This document shows positions 61,837 to 64,000 of a stretch of 64,000 nucleotides of DNA, piece after piece. The stretch comes from Macrostomum lignano. Its lineage: Eukaryota. Position 1 is the first letter of the stretch, and the number at the start of each line of letters is the position of its first letter. A model generated the notes under the pieces. The model was given only the letters and a program-made list of their open reading frames with translations, was not told the origin of the DNA and made no database searches. Both the position numbers and the translations under genes were made by a program. The stretch spans positions 744,001-808,000 of the forward strand of contig NIVC01000037.1 in NCBI GenBank assembly GCA_002269645.1, read 5' to 3'.

Positions 61837-62670
61837 TCAGACTTCATTATTATATAAAAGACTTTTTTCGCTTGATTTCAAAACTTTGCCACTGTAGGGT
61901 CCTGCAGCTGAGACACCACAGCTCATATAGCCTGAGGGCGGGATGGGCTCGATTCGGGGCGGAGCAGGCAGGTCCTCCGCCATGTGGAAAATCTTCCTCT
62001 TACACAAGCGCTGCCTGTTCGGGGAGTCCTGTATAGAGTAAAATGGTTGGAGCGGTTGGATGCTTAACACTCAACACCCAAGCTTCACAATCCCCAAGCT
62101 TCACAATCCTCAAGCTTCACAATCCCCAAGCTTCACAATCCCCAAGCTTCACAATCCCCAAGCTTCACAATCCCCAAGCTTCACAATCCCCAAGCTTCAC
62201 AATCCCCAAGCTTCACAATCCCCAAGCTTCACAATCCCCAAGCTTCACAATCCCCAAGCTTCACAATCCCCAAGCTTCACAATCCCCAAGCTTCACAATC
62301 CCCAAGCTTCACAATCCCCAAGCTTCACAATCCCCAAGCTTCACAATCCCCAAGCTTCACAATCCCCAAGCTTCGCAATCCCCAAGCTTCACAATCCCCA
62401 AGCTTCGCAATCCCCAAGCTTCGCAATCCCCAAGCTTCACAATCCCCAAGCTTCACAATCCCCAAGCTTCACAATCCCAAGCTTCACAATCCCCAAGCTT
62501 CACAATCCCCAAGCTTCACAATCCCCAAGCTTCACAATTCAAAGCCGACTTCAAACCAAACACACGGGCGAGTCAGCCATGCAGTCCAGATTGTCTCTCC
62601 AGTACTCCATGACCTGACGCTTCCTCTCAGTCCTTCCCCTTCCATATTTGTCTGACTTCATCGGCCGCAT
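61837..62670 (-). CDS. Candidate small two-exon gene (62670-62566, 62028-61837), 98 aa if exon 2 is terminal
   Basis: Acceptor TCTAATTCAG lies 1 nt before the ATG. Exon 1 reads MRPMKSDKYGRGRTERKRQVMEYWRDNLDCMADSP with a weak donor GTGTGT. Exon 2 has a strong acceptor TTTTACTCTATACAG and joins in phase 0 to DSPNRQRLCKRKIFHMAEDLPAPP. No homologue recognised. Confidence 0.45.
62075..62540. repeat. 16-bp minisatellite CCCCAAGCTTCACAAT (locus 2)
   Basis: Same unit and orientation as 28250-28720. Confidence 0.95.
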
Positions 62671-62974
62671 ACTGAATTAGAGTTGCGAATGGAAGGTGAA
62701 TGAATTGAAGCGCAAGGCTATTTGGGATCGTGAATAATCACTCGCGTCCCGGATTTCGGATTTTGCGGGTTCATTGCCCAGCCTAAGGGGATGGCTCAGC
62801 CGCTGCAGCTCTCGCCTAGCATTAGACAGTGAAAGTCAGTGAGAAGGGGAAAAAGAAAATCTTCCTATCTAAGAGAGGCTTTCAGGGAGTGGATAGAGGG
62901 AGTATTCTCTATGCTATGAGATTTTTTAGGATAAGATTCTCTGTTCTTACAGGCAAGATTCTCTGGTGTAAGAC

Positions 62975-63300
62975 TCTCAGATTGAATACTATCTAAGGGG
63001 TGAGACTCTCAGATTGAAGTCTATTAAAGAGTGAGACTCTCAGATTGAAGTCTAAGGGTGAGACTCTCAGATTGAAGTCTGTCTAAGGGGTGAGACTCTT
63101 AGGTTAAAGTTTATCTAAGAATGAGACTCTCAAATTCAAGCCTGTCTCAGGGGTGAGGCTCTCAGATTGAATTCTAAGGGTGAGACTCTCAGATTGAAGT
63201 CTAAGGGTGAGACTCTCAGATTGAAGTCTATTTAAGGGTGAGGCTCTCAAAGTAAACCCCCCATCTAAGGGTGAGACTCTCAGATTGAAGCCTCTATAAG
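62975..63300. repeat. ~27-30 bp minisatellite GAGACTCTCAGATTGAAGTCTAAGGGT
   Basis: Period 27 at 63181 to 63208, variable elsewhere. Confidence 0.85.
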
Positions 63301-63689
63301 GGGGGATTCGGTGATAAAGTATCCTCTGAGGTGAAGACTATTACGAGTAGTAGGTAAGCATATCTGCCATCAGTCTGCAGCTGCAACTCCTGAGCTCAGT
63401 GAAGCAATTAACTGAGTGAGAAAACAGTTGACCAGCAACTCGTATCGGTGTCAATCAGTGTGTTAAAGTTTTTCCAAATTAGCCAGGTGGCAAAGCCCCC
63501 TGCTGCGAATTGACAGGCCTGAGGCCGCAGCCGGCCATTGGCCAGACTGACTGGCCAATAGAAACCTGCCTGTCTTATCTAATAAATAGGCGCAGAGCTG
63601 GCAGTGTCTCTCGCACTTCAATATAGAAACTGATTGCCTGTTTTCTGTTTCACAGTCTTTTTTACTGATCTTTCTTTAAGCAGCAACCA

Positions 63690-63945
63690 ATGCAGGAGAT
63701 GCCGCCGCAGGAGCTGGAAATTCGGCCCTGGAAGATGCACAAGCAGCAGCAGCAGCAATTGCGGAGGAAGCGGCGTCTCTCCTGCGTTTCCCGATGGCTG
63801 ACGGAGCTGCGCTGGTACGCTGAGTCCGATTGCTCTAACGTACTTCACGGCAAGGCGCTGCCTTCGGCGACAGCGGCGGCAGCGGCGGCGGCTGCTGATG
63901 CGGACAGGCGGCGGCGAAGGCAGCGGCTGCCGGCCGCGGCCAGAG
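63690..63945 (+). CDS. Candidate first coding exon of a gene running off the window
   Basis: Acceptor TTTCTTTAAGCAG (63683), ATG at 63690, open frame MQEMPPQELEIRPWKMHKQQQQQLRRKRRLSCVSRWLTELRWY..., donor AG|GTGAGG at 63946, followed by the start of a new tandem repeat. Confidence 0.5.
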
Positions 63946-64000
63946 GTGAGGAGGGTCTGGTCCACCTCATATCTACTCAACTCTCCACCTCATATCTACT

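Noticed and set aside
63618-63980. - strand 120-aa ORF
   Set aside because: Splice signals and amino-acid composition favour the + strand exon at 63690-63945.

Overview
Eukaryotic, repeat-dense animal genomic window. GC-rich Ala/Gln-rich exons, GT-AG introns filled with minisatellites and very long microsatellites suggest a free-living flatworm of the Macrostomum type; this is an inference from style, not a database hit. No prokaryotic features and no CRISPR array are present. Positions 1-17.4 kb hold a co-oriented + strand cluster: the 3' part of RICTOR, two tandem RPL11 (uL5) genes, OSCP1, and two RPL27 (eL27) genes flanking UBE2C. Positions 19.3-34.3 kb hold a - strand PLEKHG5/6/7-type DH-PH RhoGEF, of which six core exons were assembled confidently and four or five upstream exons tentatively. 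Three spliced exons of an unidentified - strand gene lie at 42.9-45.0 kb. A six-exon - strand serine beta-lactamase-fold gene at 48.8-54.4 kb has a signal peptide and a probable GPI signal, Thr in place of the catalytic Ser, and a 2-nt frameshift in exon 5, which is flanked by inverted copies of one minisatellite. Two small orphan coding candidates lie at the right end. The rest is about 30 tandem arrays, a tRNA-derived CORE-like SINE (2 copies) and several MITEs. All exon models were built by eye from splice consensus and phase, and homologies are from recalled family motifs; no search was run. No single dramatic new system is evident. The best leads are the beta-lactamase-like locus, the homogenised duplicate ribosomal protein genes with an eL27 insertion, operon-like or trans-splicing geometry, and the intron-private minisatellites.
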